Below, piece by piece: positions 48,268-61,419 of a stretch of 64,000 bases of DNA (within the stretch, counting starts at the first letter, position 1; each line of letters begins with the position of its first letter). The notes below the pieces were generated by a model that made no database searches, was not told where the DNA came from, and was given only the letters and a program-made list of their open reading frames with translations. The DNA comes from Callorhinchus milii (lineage: Eukaryota): the NCBI RefSeq assembly GCF_018977255.1, contig NW_024704742.1, positions 41,604,001 through 41,668,000 of the forward strand. The letters are read 5' to 3'. The position numbers were made by a program, and so were the translations under genes.

Positions 48268-48638
48268 AATAATAATAATGCTTGCATTTGATATAGCGCT
48301 TTAACACGTCTTTGAGACGTCTCAAAGCGCTTCACAGAATATACTGTAAAGTGGTTTGACTTTTGTGGGCGAAACACGGCATCTAGTTGTGCACAGCAGT
48401 GTTCCACAAAGAGTCATAGATTGAGTGGCCAAATTATTATTATTATTTCTTGCTGAATGGTTTATTACCCCCGGAAACGTGATTGGCCAATCGACTAACA
48501 ACTGGGTTCCTACTTATTGCAAGATAAACAAGGTGTGTGGAGTAAGGAGACTTTCCCAATATTTTGCCCTGCACGGGAATCAAACCCAGGTCCTCTCAGT
48601 TGTGAGGCGCGTGCTCTCACCACAAAGCTACAGGACTC
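48268..48638 (-). mobile_element. tRNA SINE, long form
   Basis: Tail, Deu-like block, extra 'ccaatcgactaacaactgggttcctacttattgc' block and head. Confidence 0.88.
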
Positions 48639-48899
48639 TATTAAGTGCCCTCTGCTCACATTCTGGCAAGGTTGGTGGACTTGTTTTTTTTAATTCAGGA
48701 ACTGTTTTGATCCATGCAGGCTAGAGATTAGTGGCAACATCATTCATAACCACTGAATCACCTGTAGCAGTCCCAACCTCTGAACAATACAGATTTTTTT
48801 TAAAGTTTTGATATTGATAGAGTGAATAATATGATTTTCTTTATATAACATGATTTGACTAATACAGGACAATTAGTGCATCAATGACTGGGTAAGGTG

Positions 48900-49065
48900 A
48901 CAACAACAAATTTACATTTATATACAGTAGCATCTTTCATGTTGGGAGGATGTTCTAAGGTGCTGGACATTCCAAGGTTTGCACCCGAGCTGGGGGTGGG
49001 AACCATGGATGTATCCAGGGGCCGAGGACGTGGGAGGAAAAGATGACCGAAGGAGCGGTCGAAGA
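48900..49065 (-). mobile_element. L2 3' tail fragment
   Basis: 'caacaacaaatttacatttatatac...ttcatgttgggaggatgttctaaggtgctggac'. Confidence 0.75.
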
Positions 49066-49808
49066 GCTAGAACTCCCAGCTGGTCTGGAGTCAATTGGAA
49101 ACCCATCCTCAGGTGGTTAGTTCAAACATAAGACCACCGTGACTCTGTCTTTCAAGTTGGGACAATTTTAACATTATGTTTCTCATAATTTTCCAAATAA
49201 AAACTCTGCATGAACAAAGAAGGATGTGAGTTGGTTTGTTCAGGCTGGAATTGTAGACGATCATTGTCTGAAGTCCTATTCACCACAAATGGGAACAAGA
49301 TTAGTTTATTTACAGTATGTTTCCTGTCATCAAACAATAACGCCAAAGGACAAATGGCTTGTGAATTTACCTCACAAACTGAATATGGTTAATATTCTGT
49401 CGAACTGAATGCTTCACAAATTTAAATGATTCATTGTAGTTTATAGAATAAGTAGGGATTGTGAAAGCGTTTAATTTGGGAGGAAATGAAACAAACACAC
49501 ACTTTAGTATTAGTAACTCAGCACCTTGGGACGTCCTCCCGACATGAAAGGCGCTATACAAATGTAATCTTGTTGCTGTTGTCGTAGTAACTCTGCACAG
49601 AGGGAGAGAGAGAGAGAGAGAGTATGTGTGTTTGTGTGGTTGTACGAAATCTGTGGCAATTAAAAAATATTTTTGTAGAAAGGCTACCTCTGAAATCATC
49701 TATTGAAACTAGTAATCATTTTTGTTACTTTTTCTCTTCTTTTCCATCTTTTACTCAATCCTTTCCATTTTAGGCTGTGTATATTATCTTTAGCAATTTA
49801 TTAATTAA

Positions 49809-50080
49809 GAAGATTAACCAGTTAAGACTTAGGAAATGTCCAATTTGTTAGAGGTTGTTTATAATTTGGTCTTCCTCAGGAAGAGACTGAAATGAAATCC
49901 TGGTTTGAAAATTGTCCTTTCTGGGCCAGTCTGGGCTTTTGATTTGTACCTACAAGAAATCAGTGCACACCACATAGGCTTGAGAGGAACAATCCTGGGA
50001 GCAGCTGAAAATGTCAGCAGGCTACAGAGGGCATTTGATAAAGACAAAATGATAACACAAGTCTTAACTGGTTAATCTTC
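49809..50080. mobile_element. MITE-like element defined by a perfect 22-bp inverted repeat
   Basis: GAAGATTAACCAGTTAAGACTT (49809-49830) and AAGTCTTAACTGGTTAATCTTC (50059-50080). Confidence 0.65.
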
Positions 50081-50269
50081 CTAATCCAAATTTGTTGGCA
50101 ATTTAATCAAGGGTAGAACTATAGGCAACAAAACGTTCTTAAATGTACAGTTTAACAACAACAACAAAATTACACTTGTATAGCGCCTTTCATGCCTTCA
50201 GTATCTTGGAGCGCTTTAGAGCAGAGCTTAAAGGCAAGACAGGCACAGGATGCAGGATAAACAAGGTGA

Positions 50270-50420
50270 CATGTTCCTCTGTTCTGACGAAGGGTTGTGA
50301 ACCCAAAACGTTGACTCACTTTCCTTTCTCCATACAATGCTGCCTGACCGGCTAAGTGTTTCCAGCGACTTCTGTTTTTGTTCCAGATTTTCAGCATCTG
50401 TAGTATTTTGCATTTTGAAG
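50270..50420 (+). mobile_element. Penelope-like-element-type terminal repeat carrying a degenerate minimal hammerhead motif
   Basis: gtt-CTGACGA-a-gggtt-gtg-aaccc-AAAAC-GTT-gac, followed by 'tgctgcctgacc..ct.agtgtttccagc..cttctgtttttgtt..agatttt cagcatctg', which I recall as a common repeat in cartilaginous fishes. Confidence 0.7.
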
Positions 50421-53400
50421 TGTTCCTCTTTATTGGTATCTAGCCTGGCAACCACACTGTTTGCTCTCCAACCATAGGTAAATCTGCCAGAGACCCACAA
50501 TCTGAATACTATTCTGCAACGTGTTTGCAGTGGAAAAGAAAAACTGCAGTAAAGTAACCTTCAGCAGTTTGTTTAGGCATATTCTGGCTTTACACTCGGT
50601 CACTCTAGGGAGTGATCATTGGGAATACTCGATAGGTGAGACCTGCATCACTTGATAGCAAGAGTGACCACTTGTTCCTTTCAACTGCTGCCATCTCACA
50701 AATGGTGCATGACTGCTGTCTAACAATTGATTTTCTGCATATATAATAATAATCCTTGCATTTGATATAGTGCCTTTCATGATGTAGGATGCCTCAACTG
50801 ATTTCACAGGATTTACTGTAGTATGCAGTGACTCTATACTTTGTAGGCTTAAACACTTGAAAGCAAGTAACATGTTTCCAGTAAAAGTAAGGCAAACTCT
50901 CCAAGATTGTATCTTTGCTGTTGGTTTCTGTGCCAACATGAGACCAATGGTTTTAGTGTGTCTTTCACTAAATTGTGTAAGGTGTCTCCTGATTTGTTAG
51001 CTCAAATACAATTATAGTCAGAGCAAATTTGATACTGCTATGCTTTATTCTGCTGAATCTTATAGATTTACACTTTTTTATATTACACTGTATCTACCAC
51101 TTTCTTTAGAGTATATTTATATATATAGCATCAAATTATTCTTATTACTTTCAGTCTCCATTTACAGCATCTCCAGATATTTTTAAATGTGTGCTCACTG
51201 TTTGCCTTTATTTGACACTGCTCTCAATTTGGTGTCAGCTGCACATTTCGACACCTTTGCCAAGATTCCAATTCATTTATAAAGCCTTTACATAATAGCT
51301 GCCTTAGTGCCAGCTAGGAAAAAGTGTCAAATGGATTGCTCTTTTAGAGAGCTGTCACAGGTATTGTGTGCTGTACAATTCTATCATTCTATGACCATCC
51401 TGTAGCAAGTCACTAGCAAATGGTTTCCAGCCAGGTTCCCCTGTATGCCATTGCTTGCTGCTTCCTACCACGTAACTATTTGCTAATCCAGTTTATTGCA
51501 TTGTCAACCACTCAGTGGACCCGAACATAATGCAGTTCTCTGTTATGTGAAACACTATCAAATGTGTTTCAGAGGTTTACTTGCAAATAATGGAGTGTTG
51601 AATAAAATGTTCCATTATGTCTATTTATTTGAGAATGTGGAACTAGGGTTGCCCAATAAGATTATTTCTAACAGAAATAGAGACATGTGGCCCATCCATT
51701 CCAGTCTTACTCAAAGAGATATTCCTGATGCTGTTGGACAGGGTCCAGTACTTCAGCGTTCAACTCAATGACTTCCACCTTATATCGCTTTTGTCTTAAC
51801 CTGCCAGACCACAGCAGTCAATATTGTAATCTGTCTCTTTCCTGAGTAATCAAGTACATTAACAGGGACAGATCTTCCTTTAGTCAGATCTTGCTTCAAT
51901 TGTGGAATTGTTATTGCCGCCTGTTTGTTTTATTTGTCATTTGTATATATTATCTTGATGCACTGGATATCTCCCTTGCCAAAATTTAAAATCTTAAGTA
52001 AAATGCAAATCCCAAACAAGATTTGCATATAAGTGGATTTGATTGTGCACACAGGATTTACTGCTTAATCCCTATTCTGCTGTAGGCAGCACACATGGAT
52101 AATTAATATAGAAATAAAATGTGATTAAAATAAAACTATTGGTTGCTAGCATTTAGAGCAAGAGACATGAATATCTGGTATGCCAATGCCAGACTTAGCG
52201 TTAGTATATTGCAGGGCTGGCACTTTTATTGCATTTAGGTCAGGATTAGGTCAATGTTGCCTTGTTTGCAGGATGCTCACTGAATGCAAACATAAGTTCG
52301 TCTGAAGCAGGTTAGACTGTACCTAAGAGCTCAGTAAATGAATACATGAATAACTACTGCCATTACCGAGTTCTCAATGAAATGTGAATGCATTTGGGGA
52401 TTTAGGAGGCTAGTTTACACAGATCACAAAATATTTTTTATTATGTCTGTATATTTTTTCATCGTGTTTGGACTTTTGAAATGGCAGATAATAATAACAA
52501 TAATAATAATCGTAATCCTTGCATTTGGCATAGACCCTTTCACACCAGGGGACATCCTAAAGAGCGTCACAGGATTTACTGTGAAATATAGTGGCTGTAT
52601 ATTTGTGGGGATTTGAAGGTGAGTAGAGGATCTCAAAGTTGATTTCCTATATGACAGGGAGACAATGGTGTCTGGGAAACTTAGGAATGATGGGCATGCA
52701 ATGTTTAGTGTAGGTAAGTATGTGAATTCTATAAGGCTACACGAACATGCATGAGAAGGAACACAGGCAATTTGATTTGTACAATAAGTTTGAATAGAGA
52801 TATCACCACTAAAATCAGTTTTCTGCCTTCCCCACAGATAAACAACCCTGATCAGATTTCCTATTACAGCAGAACTTAATAGAAGAGAGAAGAAACACAC
52901 TATGGAATTGTTTGGTTGTTGCTAATAATGGAAACCAGTCTTTTCCAGAGACTTGGATGACTTACTTTTGAATCAGAATGGCTTGACACTTACAGGAGTT
53001 TGGAAGCAAAAGCAGGTGTCTGCAGCTCTGCAGTCTGCTATCAAATGTGGATTCATCTTCTCTGTAAAACTTAACATCACCTCAGGATGAGTCATGAAGA
53101 TGCAGAAGACACAAAATGCCAGAAAGACTCAGAGGACATTGTTTTTGTACAGTTAAGACACAAATAAGAGCAATTCATTTCAAGGAGCATCTCAATTTCT
53201 ATCCCAGTACATCACTGTGCATTCATTTCTTTCTACTGCAGCACTCTGGGAAACAACCACTGCTCCCATGTAGCATGCTAATTTACCATTGTTTATTTCT
53301 TGTTTTCCTTAAAGGAGAATATAATGTACATTTATCTCTCTGGAGGATGCCGATCATTCATTTTCTAATGGAGTTGGCCATGCCATTCCTAAAGCACTCT

Positions 53401-53823
53401 GTCCCAGTGCTTTTGACTTTGCTTCCGAATCTTCATCCTCAGTTCCATCAGATACCACCATCACGCTATATGCCAATGCACCTGCTGGGGGTGTGCTGCA
53501 TTGTTTGAGGTGCTGTCTCTCAGATGAGATGTTAAACTGAGAACCAGTCTACCAGTTTAGGTGGACGTTTGCATATGCACATTAGTGGCAAAGCCTTACA
53601 AGACATTGAGCAGTTAGCTTCCTTAAGCCCAGAAACTCCCAGTTTTAGCTCATTGGATAGCCAACAGGAGCAGGAACCGTCACTGAATCCACTTGTCTCT
53701 AGCCCAGTCGTGCTGAAAGCAATTGTTGTTCTGTTGCTGCTACAGAAAAGAATAGCAAATTTAACACAATCAAGGGTTCATTCTCTGGAACTCCATTCTG
53801 GAGTCCCTTCGGCTCCCCCCATT

Positions 53824-54132
53824 CAACAACAACAAATTACATTTATATAGCGCTTTCACATCGGGAGGATGTCCCAAGGTGCTGGACAGTCAGGGATTTG
53901 GACCCGAGCAGGGGTTTGGGATTAGGAGGGTGGAGGGCAGGGAGAGTAGGGGTAGGAGGTTGACTGAATGCAAGGCCAAAGAGGAGGATCTTGAGATAGG
54001 CCTTTAAGGAGGCAAGGGAGGTGGCAAGGTGAAGGGACTGTGGGACTGAATTACAAATTCAAATGGGAGCAGAGAATGCCTTGGGACATCCTCCCAATGT
54101 GAAAGGTGCTATTATATGTATATTTGTATTAT
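53824..54132 (-). mobile_element. L2 3' fragment (-) joined to a plus-strand L2 tail (~54077-54132)
   Basis: (CAA)n tail at 53824; 'gccttgggacatcctcccaatgtgaaaggtgctattatatg' at the other end. Confidence 0.8.
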
Positions 54133-54394
54133 TTTGTGTAAATCTGAGTCTCCTTGGCTCAGCTATTTGAAATTTTACCTCCATCAACATAAAAACACTC
54201 GACTCAATTCAAGTGGTGAAGTAAAAGAAGATAGATCATCTGTAAACAAATTAGACTTTATAGTTTGTCTGTCAGGGATGATGAAAACACTAACACATCA
54301 ATTGCATCCAGTCTTAATACTTATAATATCTAATAGATGCAAAGAAACAAATGTGAAAATATGGACAACAGACTGTTCTGTTTGTGGAATGAAA

Positions 54395-54417
54395 TACGTG
54401 ACTCAGGGTCACGTGAC
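54395..54417. promoter_or_regulatory. Compact motif module: TACGTG overlapping AP-1 TGACTCA, plus palindromic GTCACGTGAC (CLEAR/USF/MiT-TFE E-box)
   Basis: Exact motif matches at 54395-54400, 54399-54405 and 54408-54417. Confidence 0.35.
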
Positions 54418-55671
54418 AAAGCTCTTTATTTAGACCTCTGTGGGAGTGTCTAAGACACATCATTAGCTTTTTTAAAAGATTTGCCTGCCTGGCACATACT
54501 TTTCCGTAGACCCTAAAGCGTTAATACATTGATTGTTTTTACTAGCTGGAGCCGAGCTCATAGAATAGGCAACATCACATTGAGCGGTGTTGATCACCTG
54601 CTGCTCCAGCAATTGTGTTAGAAAGGAATCAATTTATGATAGCGTCTCAAGCTTTAAACACAATCAGCCCTGCACGCCAATGCCTTAACAGAGCTTTCAC
54701 CTCTGTCGCCACATTTCTGCAGAGACGAATGCTGCAACCTGTCAACTTTGATGAGTTTGGTCCGAAGTTCATGTCCAAGGGGCCATCCAGATTTGATGAA
54801 CAGAGTGAAGTCAACATCCTGTATCGCTGGGAGTTTCTGGGCTTCAAGACAGACAATCTAACTGTCTACTCAAAATCTGAACATTTGCTTTACAGCTTTG
54901 CCATTCACCTAGAAACACACCTATGCTTTAAAGTAAATTCTGTGAAGTGCTTTGAGATGTCTTCCTGACCTGAAAGGCAGGAAGCAAACCCTCGATTGTC
55001 CAGTGACTTGGGACATTCATCCGATGTGAAAGGGGCTATGTAAATGCAAGTTATTGTTATTACAAGGCTATGGTGTACCTCTCACCCTTCAAAATCATTT
55101 TCGTCAATGTTGTGTTTAGTTTTTGTGGCATTTTAACAGATAGTCCCAGAGCATACTGTACTGTTGACATTCCCACACTGTGACCATGAAAGTTCAGAAA
55201 TCAATGTTTTAATTGAGATTTCTACTGTCTTCGACATTAGTTATTTTGTTCATGTTTACTCTGGGGAGCTGAAATGACAACAAACAACCTGCACAAACAT
55301 GTCATTTTTTAAGAGCTCCGTTTCCCTTACAATGGAAAAGAGAACCTTTTCCTTCCTCCTTTTGTAATTTAGACAGGTTTTATGAAGTAGCCTTTCTGCT
55401 GTTTTCATTTGATCTGAATGTAATACAACATCGGTACATATTGCAGGCACGTTTCAGTCATTAAACATCTTCATGAAAGTCTGCATTAAGACACTGAAAA
55501 TCTAAATCCTCCTTTATGCCTGAGTTGTAAATAAATATTTCATATCAATATTTTCAAGTAATATCCATCACCAAGTGGTGTTGCTTGGTGTGAATATTTG
55601 ATCCAATTTGAATTATGGTTAACTGAATCCATTCCCACTCGCAAAAATGCATTATGTAGTACATGTTATAA

Positions 55672-56048
55672 TAAAAATAATAATAATAATCCTTGCATTT
55701 GATATAGCACATTATCACGTCTTCGAGATGTCTCAAAGCACTTTATAGAATATACTGTAAAGTGAATTGACTGTATATTTTCTGGGCGAATCGGGGCAGC
55801 CAATTGCGCACAGCAGTGTCCCACGAACACTCATGGATTGAATGACCAATATATATATATATTTTTAAGGAATTCCTATCCCCGGAAAAGCAATCCACCA
55901 ATCGACTAACAACCGGGTTTCTACGTACTTCTAGGTATACAAGCATGTGGAGTAAGGAAACTTGCCCAACGTTTCACCCTGCTGGGAATCGAACCCAGGT
56001 CTCTCATTTGCGAGGTGAGTGCTCTAACTACTGAGCTACAGCACTCCA
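55672..56048 (-). mobile_element. tRNA SINE, full length, long form
   Basis: Complete tail-to-head structure with the extra block. Confidence 0.9.
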
Positions 56049-56213
56049 TATTATAGCAGGAATTGTTTCCCGATCATTCTCCTTGAATTAAAAATAATAA
56101 TATTCAGATATGGAATTATTAAATTGTCCTTTTGCAGCTCAATCACTGTCCAATCCTTTAATAGATGATTTAGCTGCAAATTCCAGGAAGCCTTCCAGAT
56201 TGTTAAGTTACAA

Positions 56214-56545
56214 AAACAACTTGGATTGATATACTGCCCCTCACGCAGGGTAGTGTACCAGAGTGGAGCACGATTCTGAGCCTGGGGGATGGGAGGTGAC
56301 TGTAGGCACGGTCGAATAGGAAGTCTTCAGGCATGACCGGAAGGAAAGGGAAAGGTGGAGGTATAGAGGGAGAATCTTCCAGAGTTTCAGGGTATAGTGG
56401 CTGAAAGTGCGACCACCAATAGTGGAACAGAGGTCATGGGGGCCATGCAGAAGGCCAGATCCAGTCGAGCAGAGGCAGCAGGTTGTGGGTTGGGGAATAA
56501 GCAGACCGGAGAGGTAGGGAGATGTCAGGGCATGAAGGGATTTCA
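56214..56545 (-). mobile_element. L2 3' fragment
   Basis: 'KSLHALTSPYLSGLL...IGGRTFSHYTLKLWKILP'. Confidence 0.85.
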
Positions 56546-57879
56546 AAATGAGTTAGTACAATTTATATTTATTTGAATGTTTTTCAGCCAGCTAAATGTT
56601 TCAAGTGTTAGATGTATAAGACTGAATGTGGCCTCATCTGTGATATTCACAAAATGTATACTACATAGTGTTTCCTGCAAGTAACCACTTGCGTCTGTCT
56701 GGAATTCTGCTCCAACACTGATCTCAGTTTCAACTGGATGAAGGTATGGATGAGGATTTTACATATCCCATTCCCACAGAAACTTTATTTTCAAGATATC
56801 TGAGAATAGAACAGATTCATCTGCTGACAGTAAAGCCTGTTTGTGTTTTAAATATTTGTGTTGAACACAGTACTGTACCTTTCCTATAGCAAAGAACACA
56901 CAACCCTGACATATATTCTGGGTCAAATAAGCAACACCAACAAAATTACATTTGTATAGCGCCTTTCACATCGGTAGGACGTTCCCAAGGCGCACCGGTG
57001 ATCATTTTATGTGCGTTGTGAGGACAATTTTCATTTTGATTTACGAAGCAACAGGATAATCTGAATAATAAAGTTAAACTGATTTGCAAAACAATAAGAT
57101 AAAAAGATAGCACATGGTACAAGCTTGCTCAGAAATGTGAACGGACCAAGTCAAAGCAATTTGCTCTGTGAACTCCTTTGAATGGTATGTAATCTCACAG
57201 TCTTGCCAATTGGGTGGAGAATTCTTCAAGGAGAAGATGGAACAGAAACTAATTATGTAGAAGTGTTTTTAAAATCTTTTTTGCAATAGATTATAACTTC
57301 CTCCATAGAGGACTGAGATCCCAACATCACAGTAATATTTACGAAACCAGCAGGGTATTGTTTTGTTCCAGCCAAGTATGGAATTACAATTATGCAAATG
57401 TAATGTATTTATTTCAATTTTCCTATTGTTGAACTGCAAACCAAGGCTTCCATGAGGGAAATTGAAGCATGCTTTGTGATTTATATTTAAACCACAAATT
57501 TTGTAAGCGTTTTCATACAGTCACTACCATTTACAATGAATCATGTGAAGCCCTCTGATGTGAAAGCTGCTATATCAAATGTGAAGATTATTATTATTAA
57601 ATCATAGATACTGGAGCAGCGAGGCTCCGTTTATTGTGAGATGTGCAATTTGACCAAGATTAAGATGCTTTGTGACATTTGTGTCTCAGTTTGGAAACTC
57701 CTCCCTGGTAACCTAGGAGATGCCTCGATTCAGAGCGGATGGTACTCTTCAGCAACTTCCTGCAGAACAGGAAACCATCCTCACAGCTTGGCTCACATGG
57801 GGATTAATGCAACATTTCCGTCTGCTAAAATGTCTCGTAGATTTCTAAACCAAAGAGGCAAGAAATTGTTCTTCGTAAT

Positions 57880-58262
57880 AATAGTAACAATAATAATACA
57901 ATAGTAATTGAATTGGATGTGGTGCTTATAATGTTGAAATGTCAAAGTACTTCACAGGGAATTGTTGTTAAGTGGAGTGACATTTTATTGGTTGACCCGG
58001 GAGTCATTTTGCACGAAGTAAGTTCCCACACGCAGCAAATGATCAATTTTATCTCGAGGATTGATGGACAGAAAACTACACTCTTTTCAAATGTAGTGTT
58101 ATGCGATCTTTAACATCACATTGAACAGGTAGATGGGACCTTGATTTCATTATCTCATCTGAAAGATGGACCTTCCCGATAAGTTGTTTCCCCTAGTACT
58201 GCCCTGGGGTATCAACCCTAAATCAAGACATGAGACTAGACCCAGACGTGAATATGAGCAAA
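57880..58262 (-). mobile_element. Deu-domain SINE, strongly diverged
   Basis: Tail at ~57880-57960; 'gatctttaacatcacattgaacaggtagatgggaccttgattt...tctcatctgaaagatg'. Confidence 0.6.
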
Positions 58263-58293
58263 CTCCTTTTGAGCTTTTTGGTGAGCAGCACAA

Positions 58294-58385
58294 CTCAGCA
58301 TGAAATGCGTGAAAGCATTGCCACCATTCTCTTGCCCACAGCTTGAACACACACCCATTGATCCATTGATTGGTGGTTTCACCAG
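58294..58385. repeat. Unclassified dispersed repeat, copy 1 (partner ~62356-62445)
   Basis: Shared 'ctcagcatgaaatgcgtgaRagcattgccac' (30/31 identical) and weaker similarity downstream. Confidence 0.75.
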
Positions 58386-59534
58386 TTTAAACAGCTCAAA
58401 CCTGCACTTATCAGATGTCTAATGATCAACCAGGAAACATAGGATCAACTAGTGACTATCTTCCTTGAGGGGAGGTAAGCATTGTCCCTGCAGAGCTGGT
58501 TCTGAAGTTGTGCCGCATTTCGTCCACAAAATATACGGTCAGTTCACTTTGCAGTATATTCTGTGAAGCCTTTTGAGATGTCTCAATGACGTGATTAGCA
58601 GCTATATCAAATGCAAGGATTATTATTAATATTAGAAATTCGAGTGCCTGCTTCAGATGAATATGTGATTTGAATCCTCTTATTAAGTGTTCAATGGTAA
58701 CAAATTTGCGTTGTTTATTCCATGTTCATTGTGTTACTACATTATAAATTGTCGCACGTCCACAAATTGTATCCTTATCCTGGTGGAGTTTTACCTTTCT
58801 CTGCTATTCCAGTTTTCACCATTACCTTATGCTCTCGAACCAATGTCATTTATGGTACAACCAGGTTGCTATGGTTTTCTTTGGGAACCCAGTGAAAGGA
58901 AATTGCACTTCCTACCCGATCAGTGTTCCAAAATAGTACATGTAAAATACAATGATTTTGTTAAACATAAAATGCCGGACTGATACATCTCAAAAACAAT
59001 ATGGGAGAAATTCCACCTGGGTCTAGATTTACTCAATTTTCTTAGTGTTTCAGAGCTTGCAGAATTTCTCAAGTTGTTGAATACTGAAGTTTTGAAGTTA
59101 GTATAAGATCTACAAGAAAGCACCTACTATGTTAAGACCATGCTTTGTGGAGCCTAAGTGTGATTGAACCTGTTAAGTATCAAACCGTAACACATCAGCA
59201 GTGTTTGATAATACTATACATTAAGTTGTGTGAATTAACACAATGTGCAGGAAGTGTCATTAGCAGCCCTCTCTATGCATACTGAGCAGAAGCAGCAGAG
59301 GGGGAAGCCAACTCGACTCTCTACCCCCTCCTCGCTCCCTCCCTTCCCCCACCTGACCCTGACCATTTCCCCCCTGCTTGGGTCCTGACCCAACTGTCCA
59401 GCACCTTGGGACGTCCTCCCGACTTCTTGTTGTTGTTGTTGTAGTCAGTGCTGGAAGTTGGGTGTACTGCCCTTCCGGTTAGCGTGTAACCACAGGAGAC
59501 CCAAGCTACAAATGAGGCCATTCTAACACTATCT

Positions 59535-59645
59535 AATAATAATAATAATCCTTGCATTTGATATAGTGCTTTATCACGTCTTCTAGATGTCTCAAAGAGC
59601 TTCACAGAATGTAAAGTGAATTGACAGTATAGCTTGTGGGTGAAA
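59535..59645 (-). mobile_element. tRNA SINE family 3' fragment
   Basis: (AAT)n + 'ccttgcatttgatatagtgctttatcacgtcttctagatgtctcaaag'. Confidence 0.85.
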
Positions 59646-61039
59646 CAAAACTAAAGGTGTTTATGATGGATTTTTCATTTAAAACATGAACAAATACTGC
59701 AAACTTCACCTCATAATACTTTTATCACTCCCTTCTCCATTAACATATACACTTATAAGCTTGATCGTTAGCTTGTGGTCAGAAACACTCAGACTTAAGC
59801 AGCTCCCACATGACCAGACACATTTCCTCCACCCTGGTGGCTGCCGACAGCTGGGAGAACTGTATAGCAATCCGCGATCATCTGAGATCTTTTTCTTAAT
59901 GAAAACAAGCAAAAGAAAGTTGAGGACAAGTCAGTTACTTTATTTTGTCTAATTAATGATGAGAAAGGGAGAATTGCTCCATTTTTAATACTGAATGGCA
60001 ACGCCTCAGTGAAAAACATTAAATTAGTTGCTCAGTGCAAAGAAGGCTGGGAGGCTGGAGACTGAGGGTGGTCAGAACAGAAGAATACTTTTTATTAAAA
60101 AAAGCTTGTATTAAAGAGCTGTGCTGGTTAGAAACATGCTGAGGTAAAACGATACTTCAGCCTTGAAAGGTTTGTGTGCTCACTCACTGCTCATCCCTTT
60201 TATATAATTGCCACCTTCATGCTACACCTGAACTCATCTGATATGTCAATATAGCCCAGTGTGCTGTTTTGCTTTGTTTATTGCCTTGTTTATTTATTTA
60301 CACCCAGAGACATATATAGGTTATTTAAAAAAACTAAATGGGGATTTCCCATTACTAACAGAATTACACTAGTTCTACAGTAGGTACTGGCCCACATTAG
60401 ACCACTAAACTGAGGTTATGTCTTCATCTGGAATGACGCTTTAATCATCTTTCTAACAATAGTTATGGGTTTGTAAAAGTATTTTACTGGATGTTTTTTG
60501 TAAAGCAGTGAACGACCAAAGAGCCCCACTCCCGACACATTGGTTGGACAGCTCGAGGTGACTGCTCTGTGCATTTCAAATACCGGCTTATCTCAACCTT
60601 AAGAGGTGAGTTGAGTGGTAAGCATCGCATTACATGTTACATTTTCCACCCCAATATGGTAAACAGGTTTGACAATGTATTAGAAATACAAACACCACAC
60701 AGACCTGATGTTTGTGTTTCCAGGAGATCTGTCATCAGTAACATAGTAATCTATACGCTTGCTCAAGCATTAATACTTAATACCTAGAATGGCAACTGCA
60801 AATAACCTTCATTAGCTGAAACTACCAGCTGTTAAATACAGTTGTTAATGATCTTCCTCTTGGACCGTGCTTACGGTCACCTCCCATCTCTCTCTGGCTC
60901 GCCATTAAGCTCTGCCACTGTTAAGTGCTCTGAAATGCTACATGATGGGCACTATATATATGCAGTCATTCTTATTGTATACCAGAGCTCTGTTATTGCA
61001 CAATGGATGTGGTCAAAACATTTTCAATCTGCATTGACA

Positions 61040-61165
61040 ATATTTTTGGGATGCACCAAGACAGTAGAACAAGAGGACATAGGTTTAGAATTGCAAAGGG
61101 TAATTTCAGGACAGACACCAGGAAATATTTTTTTACACAGAAGGTAATTAACCACTGGAAAGGTG
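61040..61165 (+). mobile_element. CR1 ORF2 C-terminal fragment
   Basis: 'SRTRGHRFRIAKGNFRTDTRKYF', then 'TQKVINHWK' after a frameshift. Confidence 0.8.
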
Positions 61166-61419
61166 GCCAGGGAGAGTGATTGAGGCCAGGACACTTGTCT
61201 CATTAAACAAAACAGCTTGATGCTGTGATAGGAGAAACATTCAGAACTCTGCAGCTCATGTTCTCTCACACACCAACCTCCGTGAGCTGATCACCTCCAT
61301 CCTCGCCCAGCTTTACTGGCTCCCCATCCCCCAGAGGATAGAGTTTAAGATCCTCATCCTCGCTGTTTTGCTTCTCCCTACTTTTGCGACCTGCTAAAAC
61401 CTTATCAACCTGCCCGCTC

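Noticed and set aside
59826..59845. CTCF site
   Set aside because: Only a partial match to the core consensus.
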